The position numbers and the translations under genes are program-made. From IMG/VR virus record IMGVR_UViG_3300046660_000488, positions 62,001 through 126,000 of that record: 64,000 nt of DNA; one strand, 5' to 3'. The notes below the pieces were generated by a model that saw only the letters and a list, made by a program, of their open reading frames with translations, did not search any database and was not told the origin of the DNA. Of the stretch, positions 1-8,008 are shown piece after piece. The first letter of the stretch is position 1. Each line of letters opens with the position of its first letter.

Positions 1-143
1 GCGAGAGCAAAGAGGTAGATCATCGACGCCTGATAGCGCTCACGCAGATCGAAGATGCACGCCTTGTTCAAGACCTCCGTCATGTGGATGGTCTTGTAAT
101 CCGTCAGCACACCCTCGGTGTCGATGTAGACGCGATGGTCCAT
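1..143 (-). CDS. Hypothetical protein, N-terminal part (runs off window start)
   Basis: ATG at 143-141 overlaps the TGA of the upstream gene; open to the window edge (MDHRVYIDTEG...). Confidence 0.55.
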   Translation of the reverse strand, partial: MDHRVYIDTEGVLTDYKTIHMTEVLNKACIFDLRERYQASMIYLFAL

Positions 144-376
144 CAATACTTGAACTGGTTGAGGCAGGCGAATTTCTTTTCCGTCATCCAACGGATGTTC
201 ACCGTGGCCCCGGTGTTGACGAGCACTTGATCGACCGCGTCCGGATCAATGGGCGTGACGCTGTGGACGCGCACGAGGCTGGAGTCCATGGTCAGGAACA
301 GCACCGGGTCCTTGTCGGTGATGGCCATGTAGTCGGCGAGACCAGACGTGTAGGAGACCAGATAGTGCTTGGCCAT
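143..376 (-). CDS. Hypothetical protein (77 aa)
   Basis: Tightly packed in the minus-strand operon. Confidence 0.65.
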   Translation of the reverse strand: MAKHYLVSYTSGLADYMAITDKDPVLFLTMDSSLVRVHSVTPIDPDAVDQVLVNTGATVNIRWMTEKKFACLNQFKY

Positions 377-378
377 GG

Positions 379-1740
379 TCAGTCTTTCTCGTTGAAGGCT
401 TTGCCGTTCAGGTACACCTCGAACATGAAGTGCTCACGGAAATCTCGCCCGACCAACTCGCGCCGCATGGTGTCGGTGTTGACCCGGCTGCGGGTCCGCC
501 AGACCGTATCGCTGACCTTCTTCAGGTCGGCCGGAAGCATGTGGTCGATGCCCAGATCACCGACCCACGGCTCCCCGGTCTTGCGGAACGGGCGGCCGGG
601 CGTGAAATGGACCAAGAACCCGTCGTCGGACTCACGGACCACGAAATAGAATTCCTTGGCCCGGTAGGTCTCGTGGTTGGCCTTGCGAGCCTCTTCGTCC
701 ATGACGTCGATTTCGCCCGCCAGTTCGTTCCACGGGCGCGGCTTCTTCGGACCCTTGTCGTTCTTTTCCACAACGACCGTGCCCTTGGGCACGAGGCGTT
801 CGCCCAGATCGCTGACGGCGTAGACCTCGTTCTCGACGCCAGCCTCGTTCAGGATGGCGGCGATCTTCTCAGCCTCTCGCACGGTCAGGGTGACCAGCCA
901 GCAGCCGGTGGGGCTATTGCGGCGCTTGAACGTCTTGCCGACGTCGTAATCCGCGCTCGATAGCAGAGCGACCACGGCAGGGAGCTTGGCGTCCACGACA
1001 TCGATCTTGCGGTACGTGCCGACCGCGCCGCGCGGGTCGATGATCACCATGTCGGTGTCCGGCGCGCTGTCGGGATCGAAGCCTTCAGGCTCGTCCTCAT
1101 AGACGACCGTTTCGCGGTCCACGCCTTCTTGGTTGGTTACCGCCGTCGCCGACTGGATTTCGTACGAGCCGTCCAGCTTCTTGATGATCCGGATGCCGGT
1201 CACCGCTGTCTCGATCTCGACTTCGCCGTTCATTTCGCTGCTGGGCGGCTTGGCGCCACCGAAGCTGTCGCCGCTCGTGCCGTCCATCATCTTCTTGATT
1301 CTGGAGTCGGACTCTTTCTGCTTGTCGGAGCGCGTGTCCCACGGGTCGTGTTCGGTGAGGCCGAGAATTTCGCCGATGGTGCGGTCGTCGTCCGCCTCAT
1401 CTTCCTCGCGTTCCTTGACGATCCGCATCATGGCCTTGTTGCGGCTCTTGGCGTCGGCGCGATCCTCACAGACTACGATGTCGTGCTTGGCATAGAACGC
1501 GGCGCGCTGGGCTTCGTCGGCGAAGATGATACGGTACGGAGGACGCTTGAAGCCCTTGAAGAAGGGGTCTTCCATCAACTCCGGAACCGGGATGTGCTCG
1601 GCCGCCTGCGCGCCGTAATCCTCTTCGTTGATCACGGCGAGAGCGATGTCGTTGAAGAGGGTGTCGAAGTCTGTCGGCTCATCGGCCGCCACGATCATCG
1701 AAACGAGATCGCCATCACCGCGCTCGAAGGCGTAACGCAT
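379..1740 (-). CDS. Hypothetical acidic protein (453 aa)
   Basis: Long ORF with phage-like codon bias; no family recognised. Confidence 0.8.
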   Translation of the reverse strand: MRYAFERGDGDLVSMIVAADEPTDFDTLFNDIALAVINEEDYGAQAAEHIPVPELMEDPFFKGFKRPPYRIIFADEAQRAAFYAKHDIVVCEDRADAKSRNKAMMRIVKEREEDEADDDRTIGEILGLTEHDPWDTRSDKQKESDSRIKKMMDGTSGDSFGGAKPPSSEMNGEVEIETAVTGIRIIKKLDGSYEIQSATAVTNQEGVDRETVVYEDEPEGFDPDSAPDTDMVIIDPRGAVGTYRKIDVVDAKLPAVVALLSSADYDVGKTFKRRNSPTGCWLVTLTVREAEKIAAILNEAGVENEVYAVSDLGERLVPKGTVVVEKNDKGPKKPRPWNELAGEIDVMDEEARKANHETYRAKEFYFVVRESDDGFLVHFTPGRPFRKTGEPWVGDLGIDHMLPADLKKVSDTVWRTRSRVNTDTMRRELVGRDFREHFMFEVYLNGKAFNEKD

Positions 1741-1743
1741 GCA

Positions 1744-2151
1744 CTAAGCTCCAGACAGTTCGACTCCGAACAGGTTCTCTTCGTTTACCAGATTGAGAAC
1801 GTTCAGCCAATAGGTTCCGGGTGTGACCGGAACGAAAACTGCCGTCAAGTCATCTTCGACGGTCAGGTCAGCATCATGCACACGTATCACGTCGTCCATC
1901 AACGACGACAAATGCCATGTCGCGGGCTGCTTCGCGGGTGCGTAGACGACACCGGCCCCACCCTTCGTCAAGCTGATCCAGCAACGAATGGAGAGGTCTT
2001 GAGGCATCTTGTAGGGATTGGCGATCATCTGCCGCATCCTGAATTCCTTCGTTTCACCGGAAGCAACGGTGAAGGAAAGCAACCCCAGATAGCCAGAAGG
2101 CAAAGTGTAGGATGGCTCGTCGAAGTTAAATTCGAGGTATGGATACAGCAT
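1744..2151 (-). CDS. Hypothetical protein, probably late; ends in TAG in frame with the next gene
   Basis: ATG at 2151 preferred because a hairpin at 2170-2200 covers the track start; TAAATA upstream at 2235-2240. Confidence 0.7.
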   Translation of the reverse strand: MLYPYLEFNFDEPSYTLPSGYLGLLSFTVASGETKEFRMRQMIANPYKMPQDLSIRCWISLTKGGAGVVYAPAKQPATWHLSSLMDDVIRVHDADLTVEDDLTAVFVPVTPGTYWLNVLNLVNEENLFGVELSGA

Positions 2152-2241
2152 GGTGGCCTCTAAAAATGGAGGGACAGTTGGGCTAAACAACTGTCCCTCC
2201 GGGCATATAGGAGAGTTAACTTAGGGCACAACTTTATTTAG

Positions 2242-2718
2242 TCAAACGACGTAGATAACGATGTTATCAAACTCATTTTGAGTTGGGGGCTCAAAACGCT
2301 TGATCATATCATCTACTACCGACTCAGGGATGTATTTTCCCGTCCTTTCGGCACGCTCGGTCAACCTTGCGTCGAGAACAGGCCGGGGGACTTGGAAGAC
2401 CACGGCGTTCTTGGTGTAGGCCTTGGGCACGTTCGCGAGGATGCGGCGCCGAGACTTCACGGTCATGTTGGTTCGGTCCACGATGATGTTTCGCTCGTCG
2501 GCGATTGCCGCGCGGAACTGTTCCATCATCTGCTGGGTCAACAGCTTAAGGTCGAGCTTATTGAACGCCTCGGAGTAGCTGATGCCCTCGGTTGCCGCGT
2601 ACTGGTCTATCATGTCATCCGTGCTGAGGATGACGTAATTCCGGTCACTTTCGTACGGCTTGCGGTAGGTGCTCTTACCCGCCGCCGGGGGACCAATCAG
2701 CAGAGTGATACTGGACAT
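2242..2718 (-). CDS. P-loop polynucleotide-kinase-like protein (AAA_33 type)
   Basis: Walker A GPPAAGKST, LSTDD, IIVDRTN, RxxxR lid, typical of the T4 Pnk kinase fold. Confidence 0.85.
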   Translation of the reverse strand: MSSITLLIGPPAAGKSTYRKPYESDRNYVILSTDDMIDQYAATEGISYSEAFNKLDLKLLTQQMMEQFRAAIADERNIIVDRTNMTVKSRRRILANVPKAYTKNAVVFQVPRPVLDARLTERAERTGKYIPESVVDDMIKRFEPPTQNEFDNIVIYVV

Positions 2719-3337
2719 TATTCGCCCTGTTCTTCAATGTCTTAAATATGAAATCGGTGGTCTTCGAAATGACTTCTGGGTTCAAAAGAACCTCGAAATG
2801 GTTCGTCGGGATCAGGACGTATTTCGGCCCGACCATTGCTTTCTGACTGCTCACCGTGACGACGCCATCGGTCCGCTCGCCAAGTACAACGAGGCTGGAG
2901 TCTGTGACGAACGACAGGATCGGCACTTCCGGCGGTTCATCGCGCAACGAACTCATGACCGGGCTCTGCTGGCTGATGTCGCGGAACAACTGCGTGGGCA
3001 TGAACCAGCGCATAACGCTGGCCGCCCAACTGCCGCCGAACGGTGTGCTCATCGTCACGATCTTGTTGACGCCGCAGTCTTCGTCCTGAGCGATGGCCGC
3101 CGCGATCACACCCCCAAGGCTGTGCCCGATGATGTTGATGCGGCGGGGCTCGGCCTTGGCCTTCTTCCGAAGGTAGGCAATCGTATCGGCCAACGGCTCC
3201 TTGTTGCCGTAGGAAATGTCCACGGCATCGTGTCGCGGCAAGCGTTCCTTGATCCAGTTGAAGGACAGAGGGCTGCTTGCCGCGCCATGGATGTACCAGA
3301 TCAAGGGTCTGGCAGGAGGGGGCGGCCTATACGACAT
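2675..3337 (-). CDS. Alpha/beta hydrolase (lipase/esterase-like)
   Basis: YIHG oxyanion motif, GHSLGG nucleophile elbow, TDGVV, TNH; probable start MSYRPP at 3337. Confidence 0.85.
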   Translation of the reverse strand: MSYRPPPPARPLIWYIHGAASSPLSFNWIKERLPRHDAVDISYGNKEPLADTIAYLRKKAKAEPRRINIIGHSLGGVIAAAIAQDEDCGVNKIVTMSTPFGGSWAASVMRWFMPTQLFRDISQQSPVMSSLRDEPPEVPILSFVTDSSLVVLGERTDGVVTVSSQKAMVGPKYVLIPTNHFEVLLNPEVISKTTDFIFKTLKNRANNVQYHSADWSPGGG

Positions 3338-3378
3338 CGTTAACCATACGGAGTCAGGGAAATTCTGGTCAACGAAAA

Positions 3379-3597
3379 TTAATTCGCCAGACCCCAGAGC
3401 ACCGACAGGGCCAGCCAGCCGAAGCCGAGCACGCGGCTGCGGAAGCTGCGGCCGTCTTGGAGCAACCACCAGACGAAGATGATCGGGAGCAGGAAGATGC
3501 CGAAGCCGAGCAGCGGCGTCACCGGGCGCTGCGGAATTTCCTTGAGGAAACGGTCGATCAGTTCGCCGGAGAGGTTGTTGGGAGGGAGGTCAGACAC
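3379..3597 (-). CDS. Small membrane protein (72 aa)
   Basis: Two hydrophobic segments. Confidence 0.6.
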   Translation of the reverse strand: MSDLPPNNLSGELIDRFLKEIPQRPVTPLLGFGIFLLPIIFVWWLLQDGRSFRSRVLGFGWLALSVLWGLAN

Positions 3598-3682
3598 GAA
3601 AGTATAGTTCCTGAAGATTACTACTCGACATTACTGGGTTTTGTGGTAGACTTCAATTTAATCGAATTTCCGGAGAGCACCC

Positions 3683-4876
3683 GTGGACTTGAAGAACGTC
3701 ATCACCCCCAGCCTGCAACGTCTTCACGACGTTCTGACCAAGAGGGACCACGGTCTGTGGTTCGTCGGCGGGATGGTGCGTGACCTTCTGCTTGGCATCG
3801 AGCCCAAGGACGTGGACCTGTGCACCACCGCGACGCCCGAGCAGATGATCGCCATCTTCACCGAAGAGGGCATCCGCTTCGAGCCGACCGGCCTTCAGCA
3901 CGGCACTCTGACCGTGATCATCGACGGCGAAGTCTACGAGATCACCACGCTGCGGATCGACACCGATCAGGACGGCCGCCACGCGACCGTGGTCTACACC
4001 ACAGACCTGATCCTCGATCTGGGCCGCCGCGACCTGACCATCAACGCGATGGCCATGGATTTCGACGGCAACCTGATCGACCCGTTCAACGGCGCCCAAG
4101 ACCTGACCGACAAGCGCATCCGCTTCGTCGGCAACCCAGATGACCGGATGCGGGAAGACTATCTCCGCATCCTGCGCTGGTTGCGCTTCCACGACCGGAT
4201 CGCCACCGGCACGCCGCTGGACGCCGATACCGTGGCTGCGGCGCGCCGCAACGCGGACGGTCTGCGGAAGATCAAGCGCGAGCGGGTCTGGATGGAAATG
4301 GCGAAGATCGTCTCGGGCAACAATGGCCCGCTGATGCTCCACAACATCTACGCCATGCAACTGGCCGACTGCATCGGCCTGCCTGCTCTGTATCGCCGCA
4401 CCGGGGACGTCTACCCGGACTGCCCGCCCGGCGGCATCGACCGCATGATGGACGTCGCCAAACTGTCCAGCAATCCCGTGACCCGGTTGGTCGCTGTGCT
4501 GAGGAACGAGGCGACGCACCTGCCCATCGCGTGGAAGTGGAGCGCTGAAGAGCGTGACCTGTGCATTTTCTTGGCCGAGCGGGTGGCGGCTCCCGGTTTC
4601 GGCTGGAAGCATATGCTGGCCGTCAGCGGCGTCCGTCGCGAATGGGTTCTGGAGTTGGCCTACCTGCGGGGAGGCCGCGAAGGTCTGTTCCAAGCCATCC
4701 GCGACTGGGACGTCCCGATGTTCCCGCTGAAGGGCGGCGACCTGATCGCGGAAAAGGGCTACAAGCCCGGCCCCATCGTCGGTGAGACCGTCAAGCACCT
4801 GAAGCACATCTGGGCGACGACCGAATATCTGGCGACCCGTGAAGAGCTTCTGAGGCTCGTCGTCACCAGTGCATAG
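3683..4876 (+). CDS. cca: CCA-adding tRNA nucleotidyltransferase (class II)
   Basis: VGGMVRDLLLG..PKDVDL, DLGRRDLTINAMA, EDYLRILRWLRF, ERVWMEMAK motifs. Confidence 0.93.
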   Translation: MDLKNVITPSLQRLHDVLTKRDHGLWFVGGMVRDLLLGIEPKDVDLCTTATPEQMIAIFTEEGIRFEPTGLQHGTLTVIIDGEVYEITTLRIDTDQDGRHATVVYTTDLILDLGRRDLTINAMAMDFDGNLIDPFNGAQDLTDKRIRFVGNPDDRMREDYLRILRWLRFHDRIATGTPLDADTVAAARRNADGLRKIKRERVWMEMAKIVSGNNGPLMLHNIYAMQLADCIGLPALYRRTGDVYPDCPPGGIDRMMDVAKLSSNPVTRLVAVLRNEATHLPIAWKWSAEERDLCIFLAERVAAPGFGWKHMLAVSGVRREWVLELAYLRGGREGLFQAIRDWDVPMFPLKGGDLIAEKGYKPGPIVGETVKHLKHIWATTEYLATREELLRLVVTSA

Positions 4877-5267
4877 AAGCGAGGGCCGTGTACTTTTCGT
4901 GCACGGCCCTTAGCTCGATCTCTGCGGCGGCTTTCTTTTCGGCGATCACCTGAATGATCGCTTGCTTCACCCATTCGACCTCGGGAACGTTGGTCTCGCC
5001 CGTGAAGAACCACGTGCCGTCGTCTTTCTTGATCGGCAGATGTGCCCAGCTTACGCCGGGGTTGTTCGGGGTATGCGGCGGCGCCCTGAAGCAATAGTCA
5101 AGGTGCGTCATATCCGTTCCGTCCCAGCAAACCCATTGTTCCCAGAGGTACAGGTACAGGGGCTGCTCACCCATCATCCGAACGTAGTACGACGAATACT
5201 CCGGCATTTCCTCGAACCCAAGTTCAAGCAGGATCGACCGGATCGGTTCTACGTTCGGATAGGGCAT
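4863..5267 (-). CDS. Hypothetical protein (134 aa)
   Basis: Operon packing. Confidence 0.7.
   Translation of the reverse strand: MPYPNVEPIRSILLELGFEEMPEYSSYYVRMMGEQPLYLYLWEQWVCWDGTDMTHLDYCFRAPPHTPNNPGVSWAHLPIKKDDGTWFFTGETNVPEVEWVKQAIIQVIAEKKAAAEIELRAVHEKYTALASMHW
4882..4910. terminator. Hairpin at a convergent gene junction
   Basis: AGGGCCGTG/CACGGCCCT inverted repeat. Confidence 0.5.
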
Positions 5268-5270
5268 GGG

Positions 5271-5552
5271 TCAGAAATCCGCGTCGAAATTGCCTGCGGC
5301 TGCGCGGTCGGCGACGTCGCTGGCCTTCAGTTCGTTGAACCCGCCGACGCGAACGCCATCGACGAAGATTTGCGGAACCGTACGCTTGGGTCCTTCCAGA
5401 CCCTGCTCGTCATAGAATGCGAACCGCTTGGTGTCGTCGTTGAGGACGATGAACTCGTACGAGATTTTGTGATCGTCGAGCCACACCTTCGCGGCTTCAC
5501 AGTATGGGCAGGGCGGTTCGGTTTTTCCGTAGACGACAATATCCATGATCAT
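5271..5552 (-). CDS. Glutaredoxin
   Basis: CPYC active site, TVPQIF, VGGF. Confidence 0.93.
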   Translation of the reverse strand: MIMDIVVYGKTEPPCPYCEAAKVWLDDHKISYEFIVLNDDTKRFAFYDEQGLEGPKRTVPQIFVDGVRVGGFNELKASDVADRAAAGNFDADF

Positions 5553-5875
5553 TCTCCTAGTGGGGAAGTAGTTATCTCACTAGGAGTGTACCCTAAAGCC
5601 CGCAGTTTTTCCAATTTCCAGACGACACGCTTAGCAATGTCGTCGAGATTTACTGCACCCTCTTTCACCAAAAGTGCAGTCACTGCAAGCACGTCGCCGA
5701 TCTCATCTTCAGTCAACTGGCGGTTCGTCTTGGAGCCCGGAATGTATGGGTTCCGGCTCTCCCATCCGAACCGCCTGACCTTGGAAAGGATTTGGATGAC
5801 TTCGGCCCCCTCTTCTTGGAGTAGGCCGATGAAACCAGCTTCCCGGTCGGTGACCGGGACGTCAGGGGTGATCAT
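5549..5875 (-). CDS. MazG-like NTP pyrophosphohydrolase
   Basis: LQEEGAEVIQ...EDEIGDV acidic helix pair (EExxE...ExxD). Confidence 0.75.
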   Translation of the reverse strand: MITPDVPVTDREAGFIGLLQEEGAEVIQILSKVRRFGWESRNPYIPGSKTNRQLTEDEIGDVLAVTALLVKEGAVNLDDIAKRVVWKLEKLRALGYTPSEITTSPLGE

Positions 5876-7908
5876 TGTTCCTTCGCGTTGTCCGAGGCGG
5901 CCCGAGAGCGAGCAGCCATCTTCTGACCGGCCCAATCGCGCAAGAACGCATCTTCATCGAACGTTTTTGCCACGTAAACACCGGCTGAGTCGAATGTATC
6001 ACCCTCAACCCGAACAAACGAGTCAATTTTAGCCTTCGAAAGGCGGATTTTGAGGGTTTCGATTTCCTCGAACGCCGCCTTGGCCTTGGACATTTCGGTG
6101 GCCAGCAGGCCGACCTCTTCCCAGACCGTCTTGTCGTTCATGAACGGCTTGTCGGTGTCGTGCAGGTTGACGCTCGACGGGTGGGTCTTGGCCGGGTCGT
6201 ACATGTCGATGATCCGGCGGCTGGCGCGAATGATCGGGTCTCCGCCGAGGTAGCCGGGGGCTTTGGCCTTGGCGAATTCCTCAGCGAAGATCGCGGCGCC
6301 GATCATTTCCGGCGTCGGCTCGACCTTGGGGGCCACTTCCTGCTTCATGACCTCGCGCAGGCCGTCGAGGATTTGCTGGATGCGGTCAACCGCCTCCGGG
6401 CTGGTCAAGGTGACGTCCGGCTTGGCGTCGGCCTCACGGTCGGCTTGCTCGGCGGCTTCACGCTCGACGAGGATTTTGGCCACCTCGCGCAGGGCGAGGT
6501 CCATTTCGGTATCCACGACCGGTTCGATGACGCCGGGGACGCCAGCGGTCTGCTCGGCGACCTCGTAGGGCTGGACGGGAAGCTCAGCGTCGTGGATGAC
6601 GCCGTCCGTGCCTTCACCCTTCGGGGTTTCCAGCAGCTTCTTCACCATCGGGTTCTCAGGCCGCAGGATGACCCAGATCACCTTCGGGTTGACGCTCTCG
6701 TCCACGAACGAGTAGGAGCTACCGTCGTAGAAGAATTTCTGGTTCTCGTCGCCGACCCAGTGCAGGCCTTCTTCTTCGCCGAACTTGCTGATGTAGAGAC
6801 CGAAATAGTCCGGGTCTTCGTCGTAGCCGACTTGGCAGACTTCCGCGAAGACCATCGTGTTGATGTTGCGGCCGTTCAGCCAGCCCTTGGTCAGGATCGG
6901 CTCATCGCGCTCGGCGGTTTTTTCGCGGTAGAACGCTTCCAGCGTCTTGGGCGCGGTCTCTTCCGGCGGGCTGAAATCGATCACTTCGATGAAGCTGTTG
7001 TCATCATCGTCGTCGCCGATGGTGCAGGTCTCGCAGGCGTCTTCATCGATTTCTTCAGCATCGGCGTCTTCCGTGACGAAATCGTCCCAGTCGCCTTCGT
7101 AGAAATCCTCGTCGTCCCAGACAGCCTTGGTGGCCAGCAGGTCGTCACGGTCGTCGCCCGTATACTCGGCGATGACCTCGTAGCGGCAGCAGCGGGCCTT
7201 GGCGAAGTTGTAGTCAATCGGGATCGAGACCACGTCCTTCGGGTTGACCTTGACCAGCACGATCTTGTTGCCCGACGCGACGCCGTAATGCGGCAGGTAG
7301 CTCATCGCGCAGAAATGGAAGCCCTTCGAACAGGTCTTCGTGCGATTGTCGTCAACGCCGTTGCGACGCATTTCCAGAATCTTGCCCGGCGAGTTGTCGA
7401 ACCGGCCGGTGTAGATGTCGCGGAAATTGCCGAGCACTTTCTTGTAGGCGATGATGTCGCCATCAGCATGGATGCCCATGCCGTTCTTCTCCATGAACTG
7501 GTACAGTTCATCGACCGCAGTCATGGAGGGGTTCTGCATCACCTTTTCGAGGAAGCGGATGTAGGGGTTCATGTTGAACCCTTCGCTCAGACCCCAGATG
7601 ATGCGGCCGGTGACGGCGTTGTTGACCGGCTCACCGTTGTAGAAGACGATGCCGTCTTGAATGGTGACTTGGCTGTCATTCTGCTCGCGAATGATCTTGC
7701 CGAGATCGCACAGGCCCGTGAGGGAGGCGTGCAGTTCGTCTGCCGCGTCCTTGTCGCCAGCTTCTTGAGCGGCGAACACACTTTTGATGATGGTGACGAT
7801 CTGGTCGTAATTGCGGTGATCCTTGTGGATCACATGGGCCTTACCTTCAATCGTGGTAAGAGAAATCGACATCGGCGTGACAAGCGCCGAGAACGGAACT
7901 TTTTTCAT
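5872..7908 (-). CDS. rIIB: rIIB-like protein with long acidic C-terminal extension
   Basis: IIAYKKV, DNSPG, CSKGFH, VKVNPKDVVSIP, KARCCRYEV; adjacent to rIIA. Confidence 0.88.
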   Translation of the reverse strand: MKKVPFSALVTPMSISLTTIEGKAHVIHKDHRNYDQIVTIIKSVFAAQEAGDKDAADELHASLTGLCDLGKIIREQNDSQVTIQDGIVFYNGEPVNNAVTGRIIWGLSEGFNMNPYIRFLEKVMQNPSMTAVDELYQFMEKNGMGIHADGDIIAYKKVLGNFRDIYTGRFDNSPGKILEMRRNGVDDNRTKTCSKGFHFCAMSYLPHYGVASGNKIVLVKVNPKDVVSIPIDYNFAKARCCRYEVIAEYTGDDRDDLLATKAVWDDEDFYEGDWDDFVTEDADAEEIDEDACETCTIGDDDDDNSFIEVIDFSPPEETAPKTLEAFYREKTAERDEPILTKGWLNGRNINTMVFAEVCQVGYDEDPDYFGLYISKFGEEEGLHWVGDENQKFFYDGSSYSFVDESVNPKVIWVILRPENPMVKKLLETPKGEGTDGVIHDAELPVQPYEVAEQTAGVPGVIEPVVDTEMDLALREVAKILVEREAAEQADREADAKPDVTLTSPEAVDRIQQILDGLREVMKQEVAPKVEPTPEMIGAAIFAEEFAKAKAPGYLGGDPIIRASRRIIDMYDPAKTHPSSVNLHDTDKPFMNDKTVWEEVGLLATEMSKAKAAFEEIETLKIRLSKAKIDSFVRVEGDTFDSAGVYVAKTFDEDAFLRDWAGQKMAARSRAASDNAKEQ

Positions 7909-8008
7909 AGTATAAACTTCCTCAAATAAGCAAAGTTGACCAGCACCTAAAAAGTATACTGGGAAGCTCGTTTCCGACACTTCGCTGGTATTTAGTTAAG
8001 TGCTGTGA

